Notes under the pieces: model-generated
What the model saw: only the letters and a program-made list of their open reading frames with translations
The model's database searches: none
Told to the model about the DNA's origin: nothing
Source of the DNA: Trichoplax sp. H2
Lineage: Eukaryota
DNA: 64,000 nucleotides
NCBI GenBank assembly: GCA_003344405.1
Contig: NOWV01000017.1
Span: 558,001-622,000 of the forward strand
Direction of reading: 5' to 3'
Position numbers and translations under genes: made by a program
In this document: positions 51,532 to 64,000 of the stretch, piece after piece
How positions within the stretch are numbered: position 1 is the first letter of the stretch
Layout of the letters: each line of letters opens with the position of its first letter

Positions 51532-54500
51532 ACATTATCAGTATTGTATGATCCATTTAATCGCCTCACAGAGCATATATATAGAATCCAATTTATTCTT
51601 ATTGAAAGATCGGTATCATCTTTACAAGAAATTACCATCAAATGTTGTAAATCGCACTTTGAATCTATACTGTTTGTATCCATTATATGCAAATGATAGT
51701 AAGTTTTTATATACTCGACTGAGGATCTTTCTGAACATTTGTTTTCAATAAGAACTTGTAGTATTCGTATAATGTAGGCTTAAATTATAGGATAGTGGAG
51801 ACTGCAATCTCTGTAGTATACAGATATTTCCTCCTACTTGTGATAAAACAGTTTACCAATGCAAATTCGAACTTCTGTCTTCGATTTGTTACACTGGGTA
51901 ATTACTATTCAATTATAATTAATTATTATTAGAATGAGGTATTGTAATCAGGTTCAAACGTTAATCTTAATACTTGAAATCAATACCACCCAATATCTCG
52001 ACAGCACTGCACATTAGTATGATTTTACGGAAGAAAGCTGCCTCAAGGCGGAGACTTTAGTTATCCAATGCCATAGTACAAAAACTTTAAGTTCCTGGTA
52101 TAGATAAGCTAAGCTTACTATTGTATATTTATCATCATCTTGGCTATAGTAGGCAATGCTGCAAACCTGTTATGAATATTGATTTAGTGAAATAAAGTGA
52201 TACAACGCTGTATAGTATAAATTACGAATCAATTTTTGCTCTTGTATAGTAAATCAGCTTCATGTTCATCATGTTAGATGTAATAGACTTTGATATACTG
52301 TACTGTACACTTCTCTTAAATTTCGATTTAGTAAAGTACCCGTAAGAGGTATGATCGCTTGCCTACTTATTTCTTCTATTCTACTATAAGTTGTACTTAT
52401 TTTCGCCACAAAAGCTATAGGATACATTGATACTCGCATAAATCCAGGTTAAAACTTTGATTCAGTAAAATAAAACGATTTATCTTATCGAGGGAGTTTA
52501 TTTCCCATGCATTGCTATAAGCTATGCTTATACTTATCATGCGTACTGATAGTATCTCGTACTGATCCAAATTGACTATATCTTCAATTTGGTAAATAAA
52601 GCCGTATAAGAGCAATATTTTACATTAGCTTTGCATACAAACGTGAATGATATTGATAATTTAGTTAAACTGATTTTCCAAAGAAATATACTAGTTGAAT
52701 TTTGTTGATTAGTGATACTAAGATACCAAAGAGAAACTATTTCGAAGTCTTTAACACAAACAGGGAGTAATCAATAGGATAGCAGTTAGTCCATTTTGCT
52801 TAACTACTAGTTACATAGGGTAAATCTTGGCTCAATTCTACTTTTCAAATTCAGTAACACCGTGGTAACAACATTTATACAGCGGCTTCCCCAAACTACG
52901 TATACATTATCATTAATTCTAAGATACACATACTAATACTTTAGTTAGTAAACAAAATTGAAGTGCTCGCACGTTTATTGCTGATATCTGCATCATAGAG
53001 CCAAAATTTGGCGTTGTTAATTAATAATACACGCCCCATAGTATTGCCAATGGAAAAAAATAGCTCTCGATTACAGCTCGATCGTTTATCGATGGTTATT
53101 ATGCTATTACCCCATAATACCTTAATTTTAATTCTAACTTTCGCATTACTATAATTCAATTAGCAGCATATTGATATAATTTAAGTAAGGCAATGCATTA
53201 GATATAGTTATAAAATATTTTGATTTATAGGTATCCTTTTATCACAAAATGGCATAAATTATTTATTCTTTTTTTTAATGGCAGAACTAGATCCTGAGCA
53301 CATTCTGATCTGTTTTGCGACTACTTTTCAATATCTTATATTAGTCAAAAATTTAAGGTCACGATTCAATTTTAGTTACGGTGACTAACTTTAAATAATT
53401 AAAATAGAACAACACCAATATATACTTATACACGTATATTGGTCTTAATCACTAGATACCGTGCAATTTGAATAGTTATACTTGGTAGAGTATCGCTCTG
53501 TCACAGAGTAAAACAGCGATAGTTATCCTAACTACTGTAATAAAACTTTTCTTGCAACAAATCAGAGTAAATTCAATATGGAAGTCTAGGTTAAGGGACG
53601 GATTGACAAATTAATAAAAACAACCGGTAATATTCAAAAGAGGCCAGAGTAACCAAATCAAATTATGTTTATAAGCCAAATAGAAAGAGCCACTGTTTGA
53701 CATCAATATGGCCTTTCTTACTGTCTAGCCTCTTATGACGTCAAACTGATTGCATTAATTCCTTTAGGTATACTTTATGATATATTAGCACTTTAAAGTA
53801 GGACCTTTCGGTCATATTTAAGGTAGTTGTTTTAGAAGGCGAAACAAGTGAATAAATTATTGACGATTTCGCCAGTTATATTATGTAATTAATAATGAGG
53901 TATTCTTGTCGCTATGAATGAGATCACTGTTTATTGCGTAATAAATAATAAATAGCCATAACAAATGATAATATCAAATTTTAGAAAAATAACGCTCTAC
54001 TCAGTGCAATGACTACAATATTGAAATAAATTATACATAAGTTACAGAACGGGTTACTGAGTACCAACATTCCAAGATACTATCTATACTACGCGTATCA
54101 ATGATAGAGTGCGAAATAGTGAGTACTATTGCAATCTATGGTTACTATGGGTGGTAAATTCCAGGCGAATACATCACCTGGAAGAAAATGACAAAGCAAT
54201 TAGTTGTCTATAGGGCCTTAAAATGATAAATATGCTAGTTTAGGTTATTGCTGATTAGAATTAAAGGGAAAATAACTATTAGCCATTTATGGATGAACTC
54301 GAGTTGACAAAAACACGCTAATGGATAATTATATCTAAAATCATCTATACTGTATGGTCTATGCAAAGTACGTAGAACTTAAGTAGGTATCTGTACATGT
54401 AGCAGTCATTGGCGTGTTTTGGAAACAATAAATATACATTACATTGATAATATTAGAGTAAAGCATCCTATATTAGAGGAGAATGATTATTATAGCAATT

Positions 54501-57500
54501 AAGTATATTCTATCAACTGTAATTTTTAATCAACATTCAATGCAGTTACTGATAATAATTATCTTTAAAATTATAAATGATAAATAATGAATACTAATAA
54601 ACAATGATAACGAATAACATGTATGGACAAAGATATTTGTTCTTGTTAGTCGTGACACAACCTTGAGTTTTTAGGCATAAAACTATGTACTGTTTTATTA
54701 TAGCATATTGTACGTAAATTATGAAACGTGAAAGTAATCGGGTATTACTATACTAGTACATTCATATGATAAATGCCTTCATTCGTTAAAGCGTCTACAA
54801 GGACCGCATTATTATCAGGATTACTGTAAGAATATAAACTAATTGGAATATATTCAACTACAGCATATTCTCTCCATGTACTTAATAAATATAATATTTC
54901 TGATTCATGACAACATGCGAACCTAACCCTACCATTGCTACTAGTGTATCATAATATATGTCAAAAAATGATGATTACAATAGTTATCTTGATTTGCATT
55001 GAAATATTTGAAATGTTACTAAAAATCATCTTGTATCTATCTATTCAATTATGTAACTAATATCTTGCTTTCTGGTGTTATTAGCAACCAATTACCATCC
55101 ATGGAGATTGATGTAATAATTCCAAGAATACTAAATGGATGCTATAATGGGTAGATAAAATACGGCATTCTCTTTCAGATATTGAATCAATGCAATTATA
55201 AGTCTCGACGTAACTGCAGTAATCTACTTCGCTAGCTACACTTATCATCTATGCGTCCCTCTGCTATACAAGTATTTAAATAAAAACAACATTCACAAAA
55301 GGGATCATCATTCAATAAAATACAGTAAATCATTAATCGTCAACGCCAATAACATAACTACTGATATTCAATTCATCAATAACAATCAATCTTTCTATAA
55401 AGCCTGACTATATGCCATTAACGCTTTAACCTATTCAATCCCTAACGCAATTATCCTAATAAGATTATTATACAAAATGACTGCCTTCCATTGGTTGGCA
55501 TAAAATAATGCAAGATTCAATAATCACTTTACATTGATGAAGTTTTCAAAACTATATATTTCAATCTATCGCTCCAACAACAGTAAACATAGTCTTCCAT
55601 ACAATTAACGCAATTGCAGGGTAATTCATATCTTATACATATGGAATAATATTGTACTGTACCGTACATCAGTGACGACAGCATGGGATTAGCAAAGTAG
55701 ATCAGCCCAAGAGTACATTAGATTATTAGAAATTAAAAACGGATACATTAATATTTTACTCATCGAAATTAAATATTATTAAAATATCGACTAACTATCC
55801 AATTGATTCGGTAGTTGAGCTTTGCACACAACAATATTGAATCAATCAGCCCAGTGACCAATCTAGCTAATATTAACAATCATGTCAGGAAATTTATTTT
55901 CTATTTAATATCTATCTTTTGATAATCTTAATTTTCAATTTTACCATCAAATGGCTATATTTTCTTTGAGTAATGTACACTGTACGGTACATTTATGACC
56001 GGTATACTAGTAATACATAGACGAACGTAATGTATTAATCATCGATAGAATTTTGACGCTAATCATACGTATAATATCAATTTTGTTACGCAGTAAATAA
56101 ATACGTACAATCATGGCAATATGTCAATTATAATTAGCATCCTATACTATACAATCTACTGTAAAATTAGTGCTAGCTTGTAAGCACATTTTCATGATCC
56201 GATGTAAGAATGAAGATCAATAAAATAATATGAATGACTATAAATCTGGTAATTTATTGGAGTGTCTAACCTTCGAGTAATATGTATTTTTTAATTCTAC
56301 CGCGATAAACAATCATTAGCCAATCTTAATAATGACTCATCAAAGACATATAATCAAAGTCAATAACATGATATTGGTGATGTAAAAGTATCCTTTACTT
56401 ACTCCTAATATAGTATAATCCACTAAACGTCTCTTATTTGCGTGATATAGTACAGTATATAGGAGTAATGATGAAAAATAAAATTGATAAAACTATTCTG
56501 CCTATCCAGAAAGTTCTAATCATCTTGTATCAATCAATATTTCCAAATCATGAGAGTTAGTCAGTTAATTAGTAAGTAGTATTTATTTAAATGGAATGCT
56601 ATCATTATTTAACACTATTAGTTGCATTCATGAGGATTTGAGTTCAAAATATTGATCATATAGTCAGAAAAAATTCATTTCGACGTCATCATAATTCCGG
56701 TAATGATTAATCAGAATAATATTGTGCTATTCATTCTTAGTCAACAATTAATCTCTATTCTTCTATTGACTATCTTGGATCCACGTGACCACTAATATAA
56801 TTAATCAGCTATATTTATCTAATATGCTTTATTTTTATTATTATTTATTATTCCTTTGAACTACGATAGTCTGCTAGTGTTTTTATTCTGTTGACTATTC
56901 AATTGAATGCCCTATCTGGTAAACAAGTTCGATATTATTGTGTGTTATTAGCTTAGGTGACCATATAAAAGAAGCTAAGGGCTATCATGGTAAACATTTT
57001 AGCCATCATTTCATCACCTTGATGGTTTGTAGCGTTAATTTTTCATTATTTACCCTTCTGACGTTCAGGATGTTATTATTATCTAATCACCTTCTAGTTC
57101 AATGCTACTTTATCAATCGACGACATGAATGTAATTATCAAGTAATATGCAATAATACACTAAATACATAATGTACGTCCAATTTTGGTTATAATCAACG
57201 TATACCTCGATACTTTATAATACAAGCAATCATCTAAAATCTGAGTGCAATAATCAGGACTACTGATTATTAATCTGAACAAGCAAAACATACATATCTT
57301 GCAAAAGTAATAACAAAGTAAATGCTAAATCGTTCTCAAGCCTATATTCAAGGCTACAGAACATACCGTTATACGAAATGATTGATCTCCATCGCAATTG
57401 TTGCTAGTTTAACCAACGATTTTATCATTTGAGTAGCACTACTTGCCAGTAGGCACTATTCTACTTTATCATCAACCTATAGAGATACTCTCATCATGAT

Positions 57501-60500
57501 AGTAATAATGAATGAGCAACAGTAGTGAATTACTTCTGTCTACGTAATTCTGTTGATGAATTATTTCTTATTTAATTTTATTTGTTATTGTCAGTATGTC
57601 ACAAACAACCTGAGCCTAGCTTGAAATGAACCCGTATAAATCTTTCTGCAAATCAAAACAAGGTGATGATAATAATAATACGAGACAACGCGAATCATAA
57701 TTGCAAGGATAAAAGGGTAAAAGAATAATATAACCTATTACCATAAATGATATTTTTATACTGACTACGTCATTCTTGCATCCACACAACAGCATTCAAT
57801 TTAGTCAATCAATAAACAAGAACCTGAGTAACATGATTAGATGATAGTCTTGATTATAGAATGTGCAATAAATCATACGTATAGTCAAATTGTTTATTAG
57901 GTTAATGAGAGGAAAAAGCAACATGGATAATATTACGAGCCCTATGCGTGATAGTCATGATTCTAAACATATTTGTAGCAAATTACATTCCTACATAAAA
58001 AATAACTAGTAAAAAATAGTAACAGTCGGCAAACACTCAATAAAGTTGTCAATCCCATTATTTAATTCATGCCTCATTAGCATAGCTACTCGGTGGCTAT
58101 AATGTTGTTGTTATCTACTAGGAAAAGTGCGAGTGAATAATATTTCCTCAATAACATGAAAAGAATGCGAAGAATAATAGCTTAGATACACATCAGTCAT
58201 ACTAAACAATGATGTTATTGATTTTTTCAACATCTTCATCATGATGAAGACAAAATTATTATTCTGATTACGGTATTACTTGATAACTATGTTCAACTGG
58301 AGATGTTGATAATTACAGATGATGATCCTTAATGAATTTATATTGCCATATGGACTATATGAGTACCTTGCGCTCTATTCTACAGCCATTATGATTATAA
58401 GCTTATTCTCGTCTTTGTAACTGTAATTGAATTTAGGCAGGGCTAAACTGATGTTCTTTTTAATTCATCAATGAATTATGATGACAGTTACATGATTAGA
58501 AATCCAAAGAATGTCTGTCAAAAACATATTGAAGATAGATTTTACGTCAATCGAAAATTAGTAACAGCAACAAATTGAACATTTTTTAAATATATCAAAC
58601 AAAAAGAAATAAAATTATCCTGTTGGATATTTTATATTGTTCCTGTATTAACATTATATATCTATACCTCTCAGCTTCTTAATAGATTTCTCATTGCTGA
58701 AATGAGATGATTTCGTAGAATTAGGCCATAGCTATGCTGCAATGACAATATTTGTTCGTATGCGTATCTAGGTGTCATTCAGATGATAGTCACAATTGCA
58801 ATTATATTCCTTGTCATTTCAGTTCAGATTATCATTAGTTAATTGTCGATATAACCTACTAATAATAAACACAATGCTGTATCTTGCAATTTCCATATTA
58901 AACTATAATGATTATTGGCTGTGGCCAAGAATAGGAAATACAGTAAAATGCTGCGTTGTGCACGAGTTATGATTCAAATTTGTACCACGCCTCGCGGAAG
59001 GCTATAACGCTTTATTGCTTAAATTAAATGTTCATTTGAATTGATCATATTAACTTATTTACTGTTTTATAGAGCATATGCATGTCATCTATGTGTGGCA
59101 TTTGCGATTACTCCAATAGTTATTTTTACCTACATTGTGATCGATACCATCTTATCATAGCTTATAGTTTACAGTATTAATCAATTGCAGTAGACATTAA
59201 TTTTAATTCCAGTATCGATCTATGGGGACAATAACCTGATATGTAAACTAGCAATAAATACTAATAAAATATAAAGGTAGAAATAACTTGGGACTTCTGT
59301 TAACTATCAACTTCATATATATATAATACAGTCCCATGGCAATCTACAACTTAGAGTGCATTGAAAACAATATCCATTATTATCTTAGCAATAGAAATGG
59401 CTAAAATACACAGCGTACTGAGTGCAGCCGATGTGCAATGATAGACTGCAAGTACCATATGTTGTAAGGTACGATGTACGTGCTGAGCATGTTGATATAT
59501 ACATTTACACGATTTAAATGAATCAGTATCACTTGCCAGTGTAGAAGAAAGTGAGGAATCGTAATGAAGAGATTATGTACTACGTTAAAACCCTAATATA
59601 TTAATAAAAACGACTATTTTTCTCTTCAATGTTTACTCGTTTTCTACTTTGATAATACCTATTTTTTGCTTTGTTATAATTTATTAAAGTGTTGTTTTCT
59701 TCAAATTCGATTCGTCATCTATTCACAATATTTATTGTATTTTTTGTTTTGATATTAAGCGCTTACTGGTCATTTATTCTTGCTTTATCTTTATCATTAC
59801 TTACTCTACTGTATAGTATAGTCTATCAGTTCATCATATATTAATGTCTTTCTATGTTTTATTTTATTCTATATATTTCATAAAGATAGTACCAAATCTC
59901 ATTGCCGCTTAATCTTCTCATACGATTTGCTTTCTCTTCCTCGCATAATTTTATCGTTTGATCCTTCCGATGACATTGATAATGACAGTATCATACTCAA
60001 TTTATCATGACGGGCTACAACAGATCCAGTGTACTATCAAGTTAACGGTTTCGATTAATTAATTAGCTTTGGTAGACAGTGGAGTCCTTGTCTTGATTGA
60101 TGATAGTATGATAAAATGCTACTACTCTTTATCTAGTTATTCGTTACGATGTTGAATAATATGCGCAAAAATATGAATGAAACAACAAATCTGCAGTCAA
60201 ATATCGTAAACTATTAATGACTATTGAGTGATATTCATCGTCAACTGCTTTAGTAGTCCTTACATCATTTCTTTTTTGAGCAATTTTTATATTACAGCCC
60301 CTCTCTTTACCACACCCTAAAAATTTCCTCTATTTAATAAATAGGATCGATCATTTCTTAAAAGCTTTCAGTCATTATCCTCTTCTTGACTACGAACCTT
60401 TCTAACTTGCATTGATTAGAGGCTGAAAACACCGTTACCTTTATCTACTTTAGGTATGCATTATAATAGTGATTACAAGAGGATTGTTAATCAATAATAA

Positions 60501-62314
60501 TATCCATGATAATTAAAATAATAAAGAGCTTCTTTATATTTAACTGATGACTATAGTGTCTTTGTACGAGTAATGTGGTCAATAATATTTTTGCCTTCCG
60601 AGCATTGCGCAAGCTACATATACGAATACGTCTTTTAATACATTGCTGTCTTTATCAGAAGGATCATGTTAGGAAAAACCTAATAATCGATGAAGTTAAT
60701 GACGTTACACGATAGTCGCAATAATCAATGTAATAAGAAAATAAAACAGCTAAACTACTGGACAGTTAGAATTATACTATTGTGCCGTTTGATCAATTTT
60801 TCACTCGTCACGGCCATTTTTAATATACATGGTATAACATACGCGTAAAGAAGAGTTAATGATGGAAAGCTGAGTTGAATTATACCCACGAAATTTATTT
60901 GTGTGATATCTTGTTACTCATAGCTATAGTATTTGTAGAAACACCCACTCTGACATATTAAATCAAAATGGTAGCATGGGACTGATTACCGTATGGAATT
61001 TTACCATCTGTTTGTCAATAAAGTATATTAGCTTACTGCTGATCAGTCATTCTTCCATTTTTTTATAGTTTTTATATCATTTTCGCTACTTTGAGAAGTC
61101 ATGTATGCGCCCTATGATAGGCATTACATCTTGATAACCCTATTCATTATTCCATGACCCTCAGTTCAAAATAATAACCAGTTGTGTTTATGCTGTATGC
61201 AATATTTTCTTTAGTCATTCCATATTTTTCTTGCATAACAATATAATACTTGTTTTCAATTACGTACACATCGTAGAGACGTAAACGCTTTTAATTCATT
61301 AATTGCTATTGTTATGTAAATGTCATATAATTGCATATATCAAGATAAATGTAGGTATGTCTGTATAACTAATAGTAATAACATAATCAAAAAACATGTT
61401 TTCCATCGACAGTCCTAACATACTATGAGGGCATTGATACGGAATAGTTCGTAATATCTATGAAATAAACAAAACAACCTTTTATTGACCTTAACTGGTG
61501 TAGTTATAGACCTTGTGTAACTGGATATGATCATCATTCTGTCAGGCGATTGCCGTCATTAACTCATACCTACTCTTAACAAAATTATTATACGTATACC
61601 CAATATCCCCAACAGTACCTATCGATATTAAGATTGGAAAAAAATCTTCTTCTCAACTATCCACAAAAAAATCATCCAATTTCAACTTGTTATTAGGTAA
61701 CCCTATATTACATTAAAAAAATAATAAAAATAACGTTCAATTAAAGTATTTAATGCTAACTATAAAATATGATCAAAAGTGTAAAAATTTTTGATTCCAA
61801 TTATATTCATAATGTTAAATAGACTTTAAGTTCAAATTGTTGTTCAAACTAATCTACAAACTCTCTTTATCTTTCACCGTATACGCATTGATATCCATTA
61901 GCAGTATAGTTAAAATATCAGTATATATATATATCTATATATATGTATATATGAGGACAACGATATTCATAAATAACTTTATTTCTTTCATGTGATTAAA
62001 TTAGGTAGTGGTCGCACGCTGCTTATGTATCCACTCAGTGAAATCAGCTAATACTAATTATTTGGAGTATCATTGGCAATCGATTGCGAATATTACTAAA
62101 TTACGAAATTCTTAATCTTGAAACTATTAATATCACATTGAGAATATTAATTACAGTGAGTATTAAAAAAACTATAAGAATTCTCGTCTTTTATGACATA
62201 TCAATACAATATCGCCATTCATTAAAGACAGAAATTCAGTCAATTAATATTAAGAAGATTGAGACATAATTTGATCTAACCTCTTGAAGCTTCGGGTAAT
62301 CCTCTCTAACAAAT

Positions 62315-63877
62315 ATGACGGAAAGTAAAGAAGATAACACTAGTACCATATACGATATTTTTAATCGATCAACTAGTGTTTGGAAACAAATATCGGAAAT
62401 AGCAAGCAATAGCCGTAATGAATTACCTATACAACCAAGCGTGGCTATGGATTTATTAGAAAAATGCGCGAGAGAACTTGCGCGGATTGAACCAACCCCT
62501 TCATCCGATACCGACGACGATGAAGCTGAAAATCAAAAACAACAAGAATTCTCAACGACAGAGATATTATCCAATGTATCATTTTGGTCATCGCAAATGC
62601 TAAAAGTTATTTATAACAAGCAACTTTTACCTACTAATTTGTTGTCGCAACTAACCACCATACTATTTGGATGTATTCTGCATTCATTACGATTACTGAA
62701 AGGTGATTCGTCTACACACAATCTATTGCGGCAAATTCTTACGACGATGGCACCGTCGGATACATCTAACGATAGTATTGACGAAGACGAAGATATTGAA
62801 TCCAACGACGATTTTGTAAAAAATGAAACATTTCCTACCGATTCATCATCCGTTGATGACAGTGATAGCCATAGCCAATCAAGCTTAATTGCTCCAACTG
62901 ATAGCACTATTTCAAATCCAACACAATCTAACGGAAACAGTGTAAGCCATTCTAACGTCACTAATTTTAGTGTCAATTGTATCCTAAGCAATAACAGAAA
63001 CACTGATGTCAAGAACCACGAGGAGTTACCAGTTGAGAAAATGAATGTTGCGGCTTGTTCGATGAATAAAGATCAAGATCATTCAGTTAAGCAAACGTTT
63101 ACCATAAATCGCGGTGTACCACTTCATCCCAATAATGTTTCATGCAATCCTGTTATTTCACCTGTTTTTATTTACGATATTACACCTGCTGGACCTCGTA
63201 TTATTCCAGTACCTCAACAACAAGCTATGCCACCAACTGCTGTAGCATATACCAATTTCGGCAATAATGTCAATGATCGCATTAACACAGTTAAACCGGT
63301 CGTCAATCCTTATCAGGGTGGCTATAATGATAACCCGCCGTTATTTTTCAAGAACAGAAATTTAGCATCACCTAATCGTAATGCATTAAATCACGATGGA
63401 CAATTTAACTATTACGATAATCATGGAGATGGCAGCAATCAAGATGGACCTTATCGATGTGATATCTGCTACAAAGCCTTTGGTCGCTCATATAGTCTAA
63501 CAAGACATAAGAGGATACATACTGGCGAGAAACCCTATCGATGCGACGTTTGCCATAAATCATTCACTCAGTCCTTTCATTTAAAAATGCATAAACGTAC
63601 GCATTCGCGCGATGTTTTATATTCGTGCGATATCTGTGGAAAAAGTTTTATCCAAGCAAATGATTTAAAGAAACATCGAAGAGTTCATACCGGCGAAAAA
63701 CCATACGTATGTATGATATGCCTAAAGCCTTTTACCGATTCCAGCCAGTTAAAACGTCATATTCGAGTTCATACTGGAGAAAAGCCATACACATGCGACA
63801 TTTGCAATAAATCGTTTTCGCAATCTGGTACGTTGGCAAAACATAAAAAAATCCATCTTAGAAACGCGGAGCAGTAA
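62315..63877 (+). CDS. C2H2 zinc-finger protein, 5 tandem fingers, single coding exon
   Basis: 520-aa ORF with five CxxC-x12-HxxxH fingers and three TGEKP linkers at the C-terminus; helical N-terminal region followed by an acidic and Asn/Pro-rich linker. Confidence 0.93.
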   Translation: MTESKEDNTSTIYDIFNRSTSVWKQISEIASNSRNELPIQPSVAMDLLEKCARELARIEPTPSSDTDDDEAENQKQQEFSTTEILSNVSFWSSQMLKVIYNKQLLPTNLLSQLTTILFGCILHSLRLLKGDSSTHNLLRQILTTMAPSDTSNDSIDEDEDIESNDDFVKNETFPTDSSSVDDSDSHSQSSLIAPTDSTISNPTQSNGNSVSHSNVTNFSVNCILSNNRNTDVKNHEELPVEKMNVAACSMNKDQDHSVKQTFTINRGVPLHPNNVSCNPVISPVFIYDITPAGPRIIPVPQQQAMPPTAVAYTNFGNNVNDRINTVKPVVNPYQGGYNDNPPLFFKNRNLASPNRNALNHDGQFNYYDNHGDGSNQDGPYRCDICYKAFGRSYSLTRHKRIHTGEKPYRCDVCHKSFTQSFHLKMHKRTHSRDVLYSCDICGKSFIQANDLKKHRRVHTGEKPYVCMICLKPFTDSSQLKRHIRVHTGEKPYTCDICNKSFSQSGTLAKHKKIHLRNAEQ

Positions 63878-64000
63878 ATTACAATCTAGATACTTCAATT
63901 AATTATTATGAAATAATTGCATACTGTTATAATTAAATCGATTGATTCATTACTTATAACATCAGCGAGAAAAGTATCAGAAGCCAATCTCTTATGTATT

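Noticed and set aside
53231-53240. GTATCCTTTT U12-like donor (also ~56388)
   Set aside because: No associated exon or reading frame found.

Overview
Intron-rich, AT-rich eukaryotic (early-branching animal) DNA. The short introns, AT content and gene set resemble a placozoan such as Trichoplax, but that is inference only. Hand-splicing gives seven intact protein-coding genes: PDE10A-like GAF-GAF phosphodiesterase (+, ~30 exons), SLC8/NCX Na+/Ca2+ exchanger (+), MRPS7 (+), an uncharacterised secreted/GPI-type protein with two tandem 8-Cys Frizzled-like domains (-), PDXDC1 (+, with a U12-type minor intron), coilin (+) and a single-exon 5-finger C2H2 protein with an unrecognised helical N-terminal domain (+). 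There is also an unprocessed FKBP11-like pseudogene (-). Non-coding structure includes promoter-associated ACAGT/ACTGT pentamer arrays with a MITE-like inverted repeat, a degenerate tandem repeat in a coilin intron, and candidate RFX, CRE and NRF1 sites. No tRNA, rRNA, CRISPR array or autonomous transposon was recognised. The best novelty candidates are the tandem Fz-like GPI protein, the zinc-finger N-terminal domain and the pentamer/MITE promoter elements.
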